Source: Flaccisagitta enflata
Taxonomy: Eukaryota
Assembly: GCA_965153355.1 (NCBI GenBank)
Contig: OZ231126.1
Span: 27,032,001 to 27,096,000, forward strand
DNA length: 64,000 bases
Reading direction: 5' to 3'
The notes under the pieces were generated by a model. The model was not told where the DNA came from and did not search any database. It worked only from the letters and a program-made list of their open reading frames with translations. The position numbers and the translations under genes were made by a program. This document shows positions 12,219 to 25,407 of the stretch, in pieces (the first letter of the stretch is position 1; each line of letters opens with the position of its first letter).

Positions 12219-14255
12219 ATGTAGGTCCATTCCCCCCATCTTAAGGATCAAATCCTAGCCTCAATGTCAAAATCCAAGCCTAAAGGCCCAAATTACAGCC
12301 TCACGGCTAAAATCCTTGCTCAAGGCTTGAATCTCAGCCTTGAGGCCTGTGTTTCAGCCTTGAGGTCTGAATCCCAGCCTCAAGGCCCTCTCGAACCCAG
12401 ATCCTACCTGAAGGCCTGATTCCTGCAGGTCTTAATTCAAGCCTTGAATTCCAACTTCCAGTCCCAAACCGCTATCTTCCGTGTTCCTTCCCTCACCCCA
12501 AGCTCAAATCCTAGCCTCATAGTGCAATTTTTTAATGCAGCCATAGTAGATGGGTAAAGGGGTAGATAGAAAGACCTGAGAAAGATGGAAAGAGGGAAAA
12601 ACAGCCATAGTACTTACTACCTTGGTCAAATTAAGAGTCCTTGTAATGGACTTTAGTATTCTATTCTTGGGCAGCGGCCCCGAAGGGGACGAAGTCCTGT
12701 AGAACACAGGGGGACTTTTGTTTGTCCGTCCGTCCCTTTGTCCATACATTCATTACTCCCCCCTGGCCTTCTCAGGCCTGAAATCTGCCCTCTCAGGCCT
12801 GAAATCTGCCCTCTCAGGCTTGAAATCTGCCCTCTCAGGCCTTGAATCTGCCCTCTCAGGCCTGAAATCTGCTTTCTCATGCCTGAAACCTGTCCTCTCA
12901 GGCCTTGAATTTGCCCTCGCATTTCAGGCTGATGACCTGGTATGGTAAAGACAGAAAATCATTTTTTTTTTTTTTTGCATTTGAGCCTAAAATTGAACAT
13001 CATCATTAAAAATCATCTTTCACCATTGTATTTTGTCAATGAGAGGCCGTTACTGTTGTAATAGGATGTCAAAGGTAGGATATGAAATAGCAATCCTACT
13101 GCATAATGACATATGCAGCTTGTGGGATGGCCATTTGTGACCATATGTTGGACAATTATAGCCGGGATCGTGATATAAGAGTCAATAATATGATATTAGA
13201 GGGTCAAAAGTAGGAAAAGTTGTTGAAATTAGCGACTTTAGCACCTTGGAGAGTTGTTAAAATCAGCAACATTAACAACATTGAAAGAAGGGGTTTTCAA
13301 ATGGTTGTGAAATTAGCGACTTTAACACAAAAATATTTCATCCCTGTTTTTTTATGTTATGAGAAGAGGAGTATCCCAACTTTTTTTCCCCAAAAGGTCC
13401 TCACCCTTTCGGCAACATTTGAGGAAAAAATGAAGAAATTTGAAGATGACGTATTCTGAGAAAAATGGGCTAGAACATTTTTTTCCTATGTTTTCTATGT
13501 TAAAAGCCATTGGTGAAATTAGCAAAGTCGCTGATTTCACAACATCATGTGTTAATATCACTAACTCTGCATTCTCCCAGCTGTAGTGAGGCCAAAGACC
13601 GCAAAAACCCGGAAAAAGTAAAGTGTGACGGACCGACGGACGGACCGACAAAGCGGGTTGTAGAGTCGCGTGGCACGCGACTAAAAATCATAAAATATTT
13701 CTTTGAAAAATGGTTTTTAAAAGTAGGGTGCAATAAATAGGAAATTGTTTGATTCGCCTAGATCCAAAATCCTGTAACTTAATTTTTTTTTCAAAAAACT
13801 TGGACTTGAAATTCACTGTCGGCCATATTTTCAAAGAAAGTTTAAAGATTCTCCTGGAATTTTTCAGTTTGATATAGTTCAAACAAATGCTCATAACTTC
13901 TAAAGTATTTGAGCCAGAAACTTGAAATTTGAAATGTGCAATATTGAAAGCGCTGAGCAGGTCCATGCAAAAGATTGAGCTACTGACTGACCTAGGAAAA
14001 TTTTCGAGTCTAAGTCTACAAGTGTCCCCAGAAGGTTTAGTTGGGAATTATAGATGCCCTTTTGAGTAAACTAAGCCATTCTAAGTCATTTTATGTCATT
14101 TTTAATGTAAGTCTCACACACAACTTTTGAGTGTTGGCCTTGTTAACAAAAAGTGTGACATAGTATAACCACATCCCTTTAGACCCTCCCAGGCTTTGTT
14201 GACAGGTCCTTTTTGTCTGACAGGGTAGCACACTAAGTGAGTGAATGAGTGAGTG

Positions 14256-14708
14256 GAGTATATGGCGCTCATGCCATCTAGTAAATATGGCCAGTTCTTG
14301 CATAGCACATATGTAACCTTCCGACTGAGGTGATAAGTGACAGGTGTTCAGCCATGACATACTTTTCTTTTGGTCAAGTGCATTGTCTTTCAACTGTCTG
14401 AGGAAAACTCCATGTTGCGGTTTGAGGGTAAATTTTTCAAGTCTATCATCATGGATTGCCTCCTTGAATTTGTGTGATATGAGTTTGGCTTGGTTTAATA
14501 GTGGTTTCTAATGGAGGTTAGTTGGCTCTTGGAAGTTTATGGAATCTTTGAATTTTTTGGCCTTTTTGGTTATTGAGTAAAGGGATTTTTGATCAAATTC
14601 GGTGCACTTAATGGTTTGTTGGTCTCTTGATTCATTTAAGTAATGCCCAATTCTTACCATGGTGCACATGTAGCAATCCCAGATAGATGCAAGGCCCCGC
14701 CCTCCCAT
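14256..14708 (-). mobile_element. Fragment of R4/Dong-like RLE retrotransposon (inverted copy of 21575-22026)
   Basis: Same peptide GGRGLASIWD...SEGYICAMQE...WHERHIL, cut off at 14256. Confidence 0.8.
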
Positions 14709-14709
14709 A

Positions 14710-14754
<45 letters not shown>

Positions 14755-14835
14755 TAAAAAGAGAGAAAGAGATGATATTAAAATTATCAACACGCATTCA
14801 AAACACTTGTACAACAAATCTGCAAATTTTCAAAC

Positions 14836-15910
14836 CTGTGATTGTCGAGAGAGTCTGTGGACTTTTTTGTCTTCTTCAATGTCCTCGTCGGAACTGTTGA
14901 AGGTCTCGACTTTGATGGGCGGCGGTTTTTGTCGACGAACGACTGCAGTCACAACGACTGCAGTCACGGCGGAAGCAGACGCGGAACTCGCCGTCAACGG
15001 GGGCAGGGGAGGAGACATGATCTATCCAAGAAAATCAAAACGATAGGGCAGGGCCAGTAAACAAAACGAACCGAAAGCCAGCTTAACCAGACATTCCAAC
15101 GTAACCCAAAATAATGGGCTCTTGTAACCCTAGATTCTAAAAATTTCAAATTTCACACCTCAAGATTCGATTTCAAGTATGCTGTAACTTTTCAACTTCA
15201 ACTATGCTCTCTTACCCTGGGTCCATGGATGACGATGTCCTTGAGGTCTTCGACGGGATCATTCGGGCTTGTTGGCGACTCGATGCAACCTGAACCCAAA
15301 AAATAGACAATCATGACTTTATGTCTTTGGAGCTCACACTCACAGGGCATATGATCATGAATAAAACGAAAATAACGGAGCAAATATTCAGGGGATTATT
15401 GATTTAATTCATTCAATTATTGTTTGGTTGATGCATTCATTCATCCTTTCATTCATTCATTCATTCATTCATTCATTCATTCATTCATTCATTCATTCAT
15501 TCATTCATTCATTCTTTCATTTATTCATTCATTCATTCACTCATCCATTCATATTCATTCATTCGTTCATTTGTTCATTCATTCATTCATTCATTCATTC
15601 CGCTACTCACCATTCTCCTCGCTTTCCATGGATTTCCCATCTCCTTCTTGTCTGATTCCTCTCCTAATTTCCATTTCAGATTTTCCGTTGATTTATTTGG
15701 TAACGAAGATTCCTCCAAAAATTCGACTTCTTTCGGCTGCTCTTTTGTCTGCGGTGAGTCTTCGGCGGTGATTACGTCGGGATCCGCTACTCTTTGAATG
15801 GCGCTAGTAGCGTGTTGCTCAACCCAAATCCCCGTAGAGCTTTTCTCGTTTACCGTAGGTGGCGGTAAAGCTGCTGATGGAGGCTCAACCACTGTAAATG
15901 CGTGTGTGTG

Positions 15911-15965
<55 letters not shown>

Positions 15966-16741
15966 TAAGTCAATTACGTCCGGTCGGTCACACTTTACTT
16001 TTTTGGGCAGCGGCCCCAAAGGGTCGATGTCCTGTAGAACACAGGGGGGGGGATTTCGAGACATCCGTTGACCATCGAGGCCTCAAATTGGCCCTTCCAG
16101 ACCTCAATTAAGCTCTCCAGGCTTCAAATCAGCCCTCTTGGCTTCAAATCAGCCCCCCCCCTGCCTTAAATCTACCCTGCAGACCTCAAATCTGCCCTCC
16201 AGACCTTCAATCTGCTCTCCAAACCTAAAATTTGCTCTCCAAGCCTTAATCATGCCCTCCAGCCCTCAAATATGCCTTCAGTGGCATAAATCAGCCATCT
16301 AGAGCCCCCTCAAGACGGACGGACGTCTCGAAATTCCCCCCTGTGTTCTACAGGACATCGGCCCTTTGGACCCCCCCCCTCGCCGACCCTACTATGAAGT
16401 GTATATCGGTAAAATCGCACCATTGTTATTCCTTTCAACATGCAACACAATTATCAGTTACCTAAGTAGCTAAGTTTTACCTTTGAGATGGCTTTGCTTT
16501 TGACTGGTTCTATTGGCCAAAGCGGCATCAAGAAAGTCGCCGCTTTTTCCGGTGTCGCTGCTCTTAGTTCCGAAACCGGCGTCGACGCAGACGATGACGC
16601 GGCGCCAAATTTGGAATCGGCGGCGCCACTTCCGCCGAAAATCCCTCCTGGGTCGCGGGACACTGACCCCCGTTTTCCGGCATTGAATGCATCGAGATGG
16701 AAAGAAGATTGTTAAATTTTGACAATGGTGTAAGTTACAAC
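14836..16741 (-). CDS. Four internal exons of an unknown low-complexity Ser/Pro/Glu-rich protein (16741-~16482, 15891-15611, 15289-15216, 15021-14836)
   Basis: Each GC-richer block is bounded by AG and GT (GTAAAA, GTGAGT, GTAAGA, GTTTGA). Phases join only if one base is added in each of two homopolymers (16544-16548, 15681-15684). No recognisable domain. Confidence 0.55.
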
Positions 16742-17069
16742 CTGTAACCAATGGGAACATATGAGTTGCGATTGGGCTGCTGCGCGCGTGGTCGATGAAT
16801 TATGAATAATTGTTTTGTTAAAAGACATTTTCGTGCCAAGACAGCAAGCCAGGAATTTTCCACTGGTGCGTTACAGACTAACTACATAACCGACTAACCG
16901 ACCGACAACGCCTTTTGTGGAGGTGCGCTTACGCGTCTAAAAATGACAAGTAAGTGAAGTAACATCCAAAAATGACAAGTAACAACATCGAAAAATGACA
17001 AATAACAACACATCTAAAAATGACCTGCTGGTGGTCTGGTGGCATCTGAAGCACTATGAAGGTGAATTG

Positions 17070-17070
17070 C

Positions 17071-17123
<53 letters not shown>

Positions 17124-17178
17124 GTTGTTCTTGTTGTTGTTGTTGTTATTGTTGTTGTTGTTGTTGTCATTGTCATCA

Positions 17179-17228
<50 letters not shown>

Positions 17229-17238
17229 GTTATCTTAG

Positions 17239-17297
<59 letters not shown>

Positions 17298-17331
17298 ATT
17301 TGTTGTTGTTGTTTATTGTTGTTATTGTTGG

Positions 17332-17385
<54 letters not shown>

Positions 17386-17390
17386 CGTTG
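17070..17390. repeat. Compound (TTG)n/(TCG)n microsatellite
   Basis: Read directly. Other microsatellites: (GA)n 312-353, 15913-15962, 24480-24558; (ATTC)n 15435-15600; (CA)n 24055-24177; (CCTT)n 25953-26028; (CT)n 40006-40077. Confidence 0.95.
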
Positions 17391-20300
17391 TCGGGGTGCT
17401 CAATGAAATGAAATTCCAGGCCTGGATTAATGAATTTCCCCACCAGGTGTGTTAGGGGGGCGCACAATGAAATAAGATACTAGGCCTGGATTAATGGATT
17501 TCCTTACCTTTTCGCCCAATTTGACAAGTAACACAAGTTCGGGGGGAAAAAGGGAAGCTTTTCTTTCATATCAATTTTTTTTATTTTTGAGCTTAAGGTC
17601 CTGCCTTTCTATGTAACATAAGTTCGGGGGGAAAAAGGGAAGCTTTTCTTCCATATCAATTTTTTTTATTTTTGAGCTTAAGGTCCTGCCTTTCTATGTA
17701 ACAGTCGTTCTGGCTGTCACAAAACCGAATCAAAAGAAAAAGATGAATTAAAATATCATAAACATGAGAAATTTTAATGATTGGATAGGAAATGTAATTA
17801 GAATTGTAAAAGCTGAATTAAAAAAATTTCATCTTTGCTTACAGTTTCACTTTGCTTTGCTTCAGTAAAGATTGCGTTCGCAATAAGCGGTCCCTAAAAT
17901 GTATATGAATGCTAACGGTTGCAAAAGAAAAAACGGAACAAAATATTATTCATGATTTTGTACTCTTCCAATAAGAAACGAGACTTAATAATTACTTAAT
18001 TACATAACCACATAACTAAAATGACTTTCATTGAATTTAATTGATATAAGATGACTTAAAATGATTTAAAATGACTTAATACGACCTGAAATGACTTAAA
18101 ATGACTTAAATTGACTTGAATTGACCAAAAATGTCTAAAATGACCCAGTGACTAAAATGACATAAATTGACTTAAATTGACTTAAAATGACTTAAAATGA
18201 CTTTAAATGACTCTAAATGACTTTAAATGACTTAAATTGACCTAGAATGACTCAAATTGAACTTAACTGACTTAAATTGACCTAAAATCACTACAGAGTG
18301 TAAAATGCTGAAAATTATTAAAATAACTCAAATGACTTAAATTGACCTAAACTGACTTTAAATGACCCAAAATGACTTAAATGATCTAATTTGACTTTAA
18401 ATGACCTAATTTACTTAAAATGAGTTGAAGTAGGGAATAAAACGGATAAAAAAATGGGTGTGACCGACCAACCACAACCGACCGACCAACCGACCGACGG
18501 ACAAAGGCAGTGTAGAGAGTGGCGTAGCACGCGACTAAAAAGCGGGAGCAAATATCATTCATGATATTTTGTTCGTTTTGCTGACTCTACACCAGCACCC
18601 CTGCCGGTCGTGGCTCGTCCCGGTGTGGTCGATCACACTGCCCCTTTATCCGTTTTTGTCCTACTAACTATTTTAAACAAGTAAGTCATTAAAGTCAAAT
18701 TAGATCAGTTAACTAGTCATTAAAAGTCGAGATTTAGAGTCAATTTAAGTCATTGGTTATTTAATAATTTTCAACATTTAGTGTTTAGGTCAGGCTAAAT
18801 CGGTCATTTAATTTGGCTCATTCTAGGTGTTTAAAGTCATTTTTAAAATCATTTTAAGAATCAATTTAAGTCAATTCAAGCTGATCACTGGGCAGTAATT
18901 CAGTCAGTGAGTATTTAATTTCAGATAAATGTGTCATTTAAATCATTTAAGATAGTCTTATATCAGGTAAATTCAATAATCATTTAATTATAATGATTTA
19001 TATGGTCTTATTAAGTCTGCCATGCTGTGACTGTTTACATAACAGTGTATTCATATTCTATTTGAGATCTTGCTCTGAAGCGCAGCTCTTTGCTGAAGCA
19101 AAGCAAGCATAAGCAAGATGAATTTTTAATTCAGCAATTCTGGTACATTTCTATCAATCATTAAAATTTCATATTTATGATATTTTAATTCATCTTTCTT
19201 TGATTCGAGTTTGTGACAGTAACGGCTGTTAGAAGGCAGGTTATAAACTCAAAATAAAAAAGGTGATATGGAAAAGCTTCCTTTTTCCCAGATATGTATA
19301 GAAAGCAGGACAAGCTCAAAATAAAAAAATTGATATGAAAAACCTGCACGGGCTGTGTTTACTGTCAAGTGAGCGAAGAAATCCCGTCCAGGCCTGTCTT
19401 ATTTCATTATGCCTGCTTTACACTGTGGGAAGTTCATTAATCCAGGCCTGGAAATTTCATTTCGATAACACCTAGCTATTTCTTCTTCTTCTTTGTAATA
19501 ATAACAACTGTTGTGCTAACAGCTGTTTAACAATATTCTTCTTTAACTGTAACATTCTTTAACAACTCTGCTTAACTGCTTCTTTGCTAACAACAACTAG
19601 ACAACATTTTATTTGACTGACATTTGACAGTGTGACATTTGTGTGTGTGTTATTAACAACAACTGCAACAACAGCAACAACAACAACAGCAACAACAACA
19701 GCAACAGTAGCAACAACAGCAACAACAACGACAACAGCAGCTTCACCTTCATATCGGGCGCAAAGATTCTATTTTAGATGTGTTGTTATTTGTCGTTTTT
19801 TCGATATTGTGCTGTCATTTTGGATGTTATACTTACCGCTGTCATTTACAAAGAACGCGTCTTTTTACCTCCACGGAAATCGGTGTTGGTCTGGCGCGTG
19901 GCATCTTTTAACAAACAATTATTCATGAACCGACCACGCGCTGTCGCAGCTCTGTGTTCCCGTGATTACAGGTGTGTTGCCATTGTCAATTTAACAATCT
20001 TTAACGCATCATTCATTCAGTGCCGGAAGGCGAGGTCGTCCCACGATACCAGGCGCTCGGCGAAGTGAACTGCCATTCCAGTTTGGCACCATATCGTTAT
20101 CAACGCAGATCAGGGCAAAACTGTATTTCCAAAGCATGTGGAAACTTTCGCTGATGCCGCCTTGGCGTCGATAAGCTCTCAAAGTAAAACAACTGCGGTA
20201 TCAACAATAATTGTGTTATGGTGATAACACACTTCATGAAGTGAACCGATATGAGCTGAGAAAATCTCCTGTCATGAATCAGTGACAAATTAGGCCACTG

Positions 20301-20478
20301 GGTATGTTAAACTTAGGCTTTCATTTGAAGCCAGTCAGGCGTGGTGGGTAGGCAGGCAGAGGGGGTGGTGGCAAATGGCCTGGGTAGTGGAAGAACAATT
20401 AACCTCGGTTATCATTCCATGACTTTATAAAAGTGTGACAGACAGTGATCAATTGATATTGCACGTGACTTAAAAACA

Positions 20479-20563
<85 letters not shown>

Positions 20564-21460
20564 CATATTGTGGTTGAAATATCCATCAGCAACTACCGCC
20601 GCCACGGCGCGCGGCGGAAGCTCTGCAGCAGGTGAACACGCTACTAGCGGGTCCCGTAATCACCGAAGCTCACCGTCGGCCCAGCCATCGAGGTACGGAG
20701 AGTCTTCGTTACCGTAAATCAACAGGCGTGATATCAGGAAAGAGTGTCAACGTTGAATGGTGGTGAATGAATAGGTAAAATGAGGAACAGATGAATGAAT
20801 ATGAAGAATGGATGAAGAATGAATGAATGAATAAATGAAAATGAATAGTGAATGAATGTGAATGAATGAATGAATGAATGTGAATGAATGAATGAGACAG
20901 ATAGTGCATCAATGACAATGGTGAATAGTGTGAATATTTACTTCCATTATCTCATTTTATTCATGATCCTTGCCCTGTGTGAGCTCAAAACGTAAGGGTG
21001 TGATTGTCTATTTTGGGGTTCGAAGCTGCATCGAAGAGTAGCAGCTGGCAGTAATCGTCAGCGCCTCAGGCATGTCATGGACCCGGTAAACATGGATTGG
21101 TAAAGGAACCACAGCATGCCTGAAAATGTCGAAGATGGCAGTGACGAGGCTTGAGGGCACAAGTCTGGGGATTACAAGCCCATTATTTTGGGTTGCAGGA
21201 TGTTCTGGTTAGCGACTCGGTTCGTTTGTTTACTGTACTCATCGTTTGTTACATGGATATCTCTCCCTGCCCCCGTGCTGGCGGATTCACGTCTGCTTCG
21301 AGGCAAGCGCCGCCGCCCATCAAGTCCGGAACCTTTCAACGGTTCCGGTGAGACGTGAAGGCAAGGGTCGCGAACTCTCGACAATGCGGGCTGAGCTGCG
21401 GGTTTGTTGCGCAAAGTGACGAATGCGTGTTATTATTTTAATATCCCACCTCTTTCTCTT

Positions 21461-21538
<78 letters not shown>

Positions 21539-21570
21539 CTGTCTTTATATCTCTCTCTCTCTCTCTCTCT

Positions 21571-22977
21571 CGTAAGGGAGGGCGGGGCCTTGCATCTATC
21601 TGGGATTGCTACATGTGCACCATGGTAAGAATTGGGCATTACTTAAATGAATCAAGAGACCAACAAACCATTAAGTGCACCGAATTTGATCAAAAATCCC
21701 TTTACTCAATAACCAAAAAGGCCAAAAAATTCAAAGATTCCATAAACTTCCAAGAGCCAACTAACCTCCATTAGAAACCACTATTAAACCAAGCCAAACT
21801 CATATCACACAAATTCAAGGAGGCAATCCATGATGATAGACTTGAAAAATTTACCCTCAAACCGCAACATGGAGTTTTCCTCAGACAGTTGAAAGACAAT
21901 GCACTTGACCAAAAGAAAAGTATGTCATGGCTGAACACCTGTCACTTATCACCTCAGTCGGAAGGTTACATATGTGCTATGCAAGAACTGGCCATATTTA
22001 CTAGATGGCATGAGCGCCATATACTCAAAACCGCAAAATCAGATTTATGCAGAATTTGCGGAAAGGAACCTGAGAGACTATCACATTTACTAGCTGGATG
22101 TGATGTCCTCGCAAAAAAACAGTACTTTGACCGGCACAACAACGTAGCTAAATACATTCAACATCCCCACTGAGAAAAAATGGCACCTACACAAACCCAC
22201 TGAGGTCATAATAAATAAGAAAGTTGAAATACTCTAGGACATGGTTTTAACTACAGACCGCAATGTTGGGGCAAACAGACCTGACCTAGTCATACGAGAC
22301 AAGTCTGACAAAAATACTTTTATCTTAGATGTCAGCTGCCCTAGCGACACCAATGTCACAGCAAAAGAAAATGAAAAACTTTCAAAATATAGTGGCCTTA
22401 GAGTGGAACTTGCAAAAATGTGGAACTGCGAGTGTATAGTGGTCCCTGTTGTCATTGGGGGTCTTGGTGCCTTATCAGAAAAATTCACACAATACCTAAA
22501 CATGATCCCGGCTGAAATCTCTGCTGACCTATGTCAGAAGATCACATTGCTTGGAAGCGAACTCATAATTAGATCGTGCCTCTCTAGAAAATAGAAATAT
22601 TCATGTGATCTGTGCTTACCAATGGAATGACCGATATGGCTGGATATATAAATGTGGTACCCAATCTTATGGATATGCCTGCAAATGCCTGGATATAAGT
22701 GTGGATTTATGATTTATGCCTCTGGAATAAGATGAATAAGAAGATGAATAAGATGAACAAATATGGTAATGCATGAATATCCCCGACTACTATGTTCGAG
22801 GAAGAAACAAAGCTTTGAGTTACTTACTTTCCCGTTGTTACGCTTACTTACTCTACTGGATGTCCTTTCGGATCAGGATGACCCGCGGCATCTACGATCA
22901 GAAGCATTGAAATTTGAAATATTGCAATCTGAACGTCTACCATTAGTTGTTAAAACTTTTGTGTATAAAATTTAATC

Positions 22978-22980
<3 letters not shown>
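21571..22980 (+). mobile_element. 5'-truncated R4/Dong-like non-LTR retrotransposon (CCHC knuckle + restriction-like endonuclease), degenerate
   Basis: GGRGL...QSEGYICAMQE...CRICGKEPERLSHLLAGC...YFDRHNNVA...NRPDLVIRDK...ILDVSCP...EKLSKY...VPVVIGGLG. Stop at 22594, then a ~390-bp 3' UTR. Internal stops near 21771 and 22235 and a frame break near 22170. (CT)n on both sides. Confidence 0.85.
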
Positions 22981-23039
<59 letters not shown>

Positions 23040-23583
23040 CTCTCTCTGTGTCTCTACGTGTAGCCCAATGCATCTGGGTCCATCTCTGAGTTGGGGTAGC
23101 TTCATGCGGGGGTTCAGGAGAGCCGTTAATCACGAGCAGTAAGCGAGAGACGTGGAACTAACGCCAAGGCCTGAGCAACTGAAAGGTTTCTTCAACGGTG
23201 GAGGAAATGATCAATTCGCCGTTGCAACAACTTCTAATGACAAATTTCGAGGAAGAATACAGCCCACCAGTCATGAACATGAAGCTAAACGCCAAGAACC
23301 TGAATTGCAGGAAGATTTTCAAGAACCAAGCAGAAGCAATCTTTTCAAGACACGTCCACCACATTCCATCAAAAATCAAAAATCGAAAGAAAAAGAAAAC
23401 ACCCAATCATTGCAATGAAAGAAATATTTGACGTCGCCGCCCTTAGACATGAATTTTGTCTCGTGGTGTAGTACAATATCATCATCATCTCTCTCTCTCT
23501 CTCTCTCTCCGTCACACACAGGGCGTAGCGAAACTACTTCTACTCAACACACTGAGTCTCACGAGAAGCGAGATGACGCCGCG

Positions 23584-23661
23584 TCAGGGGTTGTGACCGG
23601 AAGTGGCTGCGTCGATTCCGCGAGCGGCGTCATGGAAAATGACGTCGCCGAAAGCGTCGAT
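23584..23661 (-). CDS. Possible terminal exon of the 26137-28497 gene
   Basis: Pyrimidine-rich acceptor TCTCTGTCATCCAG, then a GC-rich open block. Phase 0 gives IDAFGDVIFHDAARGIDAATSGHNP*. Frame and linkage are uncertain. Confidence 0.3.
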   Translation of the reverse strand: MDAFGDVIFHDAARGIDAATSGHNP

Positions 23662-24054
23662 CTGGATGACAGAGACAGATAGACAGACAGACGGACAGAC
23701 AGAAATATAGAGATAGGGGAGAAAATTATTCTTCTGCCGTCAACATCAATTACATCTGGTGTGACAAAGTCAATTCCTTATGCCGTGAAGCACACTGGAT
23801 GATATCGCATTGTCTCATTTCGTAGTTGAGGTGGTAAGGGATATTGTATGACATCGTTTTATCCTTGTTTCATCCTTGTTTCTCGTATCGTAGGTGAGGT
23901 GGTAAGCGACATTGTTTGACATTGTCTGTTTCTCACACTATAGTTGAGGTGTTAAGCGACATTGTATGACACAGGCGTGTATATTTTTCCATCCTGCCGA
24001 GTAGCACTTAATTTTCAATGATATCTGTCGACATTTGATTATATTTATATACAT

Positions 24055-24151
<97 letters not shown>

Positions 24152-24476
24152 ACACACACACACAGACACACACACACTATGATCATATGACCGACTACTA
24201 AGAATTCAACCTACCCATCAACCAAAAGACCCATCAGACTAATGACCGACCAACTAACCACGAATCCGACCAACTCATCAACCAAATTCATATACCCAAC
24301 TTACCAACCGAGCGAACAAACTATGCATCAAACCAACTGACCGATTATACTTCGGATAACTCGGGCTCTTATTTCAAGAGGTCGACCCTATTATCAAGTT
24401 CATTCCAAGAATCACTTGACCGCGACAGCAGGTTGGTTATTCTTACTTTATACTTAAACTTATCATTTATGACTCC

Positions 24477-24563
<87 letters not shown>

Positions 24564-25072
24564 CAAAAAGACAGTGGGACAGTGAGTGTCATGCTATGTT
24601 CCAACATGACAAAATATCCTCCACATTACCATTGTAAAAGACCCCATATAAGTTAATACGCAAGTCCTTAAAAAGAGATAGACATTCCTAAATCCCAACA
24701 GATGGCTACTGGCGGATTAGTGATAGCATGATTTTTAGTAGATACTACTCCAATATAAAAATTCACAAAAAGATGAACACTTACCTGTATCGAGAAGCAG
24801 AACGCAATAAGCGGGCGCGTAGGGAAGAAAACAGTTTCATGGGAGGGGAGGGGCAGAAAAACAAAGGGAAAATGAAATTAATTTAGATGACGCACATGTG
24901 CTTCATCTTGGTGAATTCAGTCAATGATTAGGTGAATTCAATCAGGTTAAGTTAGTCTAGCGATCCTCTAAGTCCGGTCATGTCCATCCGTGTTTCGACG
25001 ACTTAAATAGAATTCGTAAATTTTGAGTCACAAAAGACCCCTCCCATTTAGGATAAACAGGTTTTATTAACA

Positions 25073-25407
25073 CAGTTGAACCCCGCTCTAACGAACACGC
25101 CACTGGTGGAATGCCGCCATTAATAAATATGAATTCAAAATCCCTTAAATTTGGTTTTTTAAAGTTACAGACAGGCAACTTTATAAGAGACTGTCAGTTT
25201 ATCCGTCGGTCTGTTAGTCAATGATAATAGAGTTAAAAAAGAGAAAAACAGGTGTTTCAATTACATGTTGCTTATGTTTAAGTGTGGAATGAGAGTTGCA
25301 TAGTATAGATGGGGATTGGATGCCTTTACCCACTTGTTATTTTTCCAACAGAATTTTTCCTGTAAATTTATTAGTCCCTTAATATCCGTTAGAGCGGGAT
25401 TCAACTG
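25073..25407. mobile_element. pogo/Tigger-like MITE
   Basis: TIRs CAGTTGAACCCCGCTCTAACG / CGTTAGAGCGGGATTCAACTG. Related ends at 35, ~1105-1125 and ~39370. Confidence 0.55.

Larger units (their letters stand above)
9835..13583. mobile_element. Non-autonomous long-TIR DNA transposon (~650-bp TIRs, 5-bp TSD)
   Basis: Termini CAGCTGGGAGAATGCAGAGTTAG inverted; arms 9835-~10826 and ~12925-13583; TAGTG duplicated at 9830-9834 and 13584-13588. No transposase ORF seen. Confidence 0.85.
9746..13686 (-). mobile_element. Short HINE split by a 3.7-kb insertion
   Basis: 3' end AACAAGGCCGGATACACGGC at 9746 and 5' end GTCGCGTGGCACGCGACTAAAA at ~13665-13686. The halves join across the TAGTG duplication. 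Confidence 0.7.
14256..22026. repeat. Giant inverted duplication (palindrome) centred at 18559/18560
   Basis: Centre AAATATCAT-TC-ATGATATTT. 14256-14705 is a near-exact reverse complement of 21577-22026; 18561-21570 is a deletion-rich reverse complement of 14710-18558. Confidence 0.9.

Noticed and set aside
16995-17467. Poly-Leu/Val, poly-Asn/Thr and poly-Cys ORFs
   Set aside because: Trinucleotide microsatellite translations.
18561-21570. ORFs and exons in the right palindrome arm as a diverged paralogue
   Set aside because: Splice sites and frames are destroyed by dense indels, and microsatellite motifs are swapped, which is more consistent with read error.
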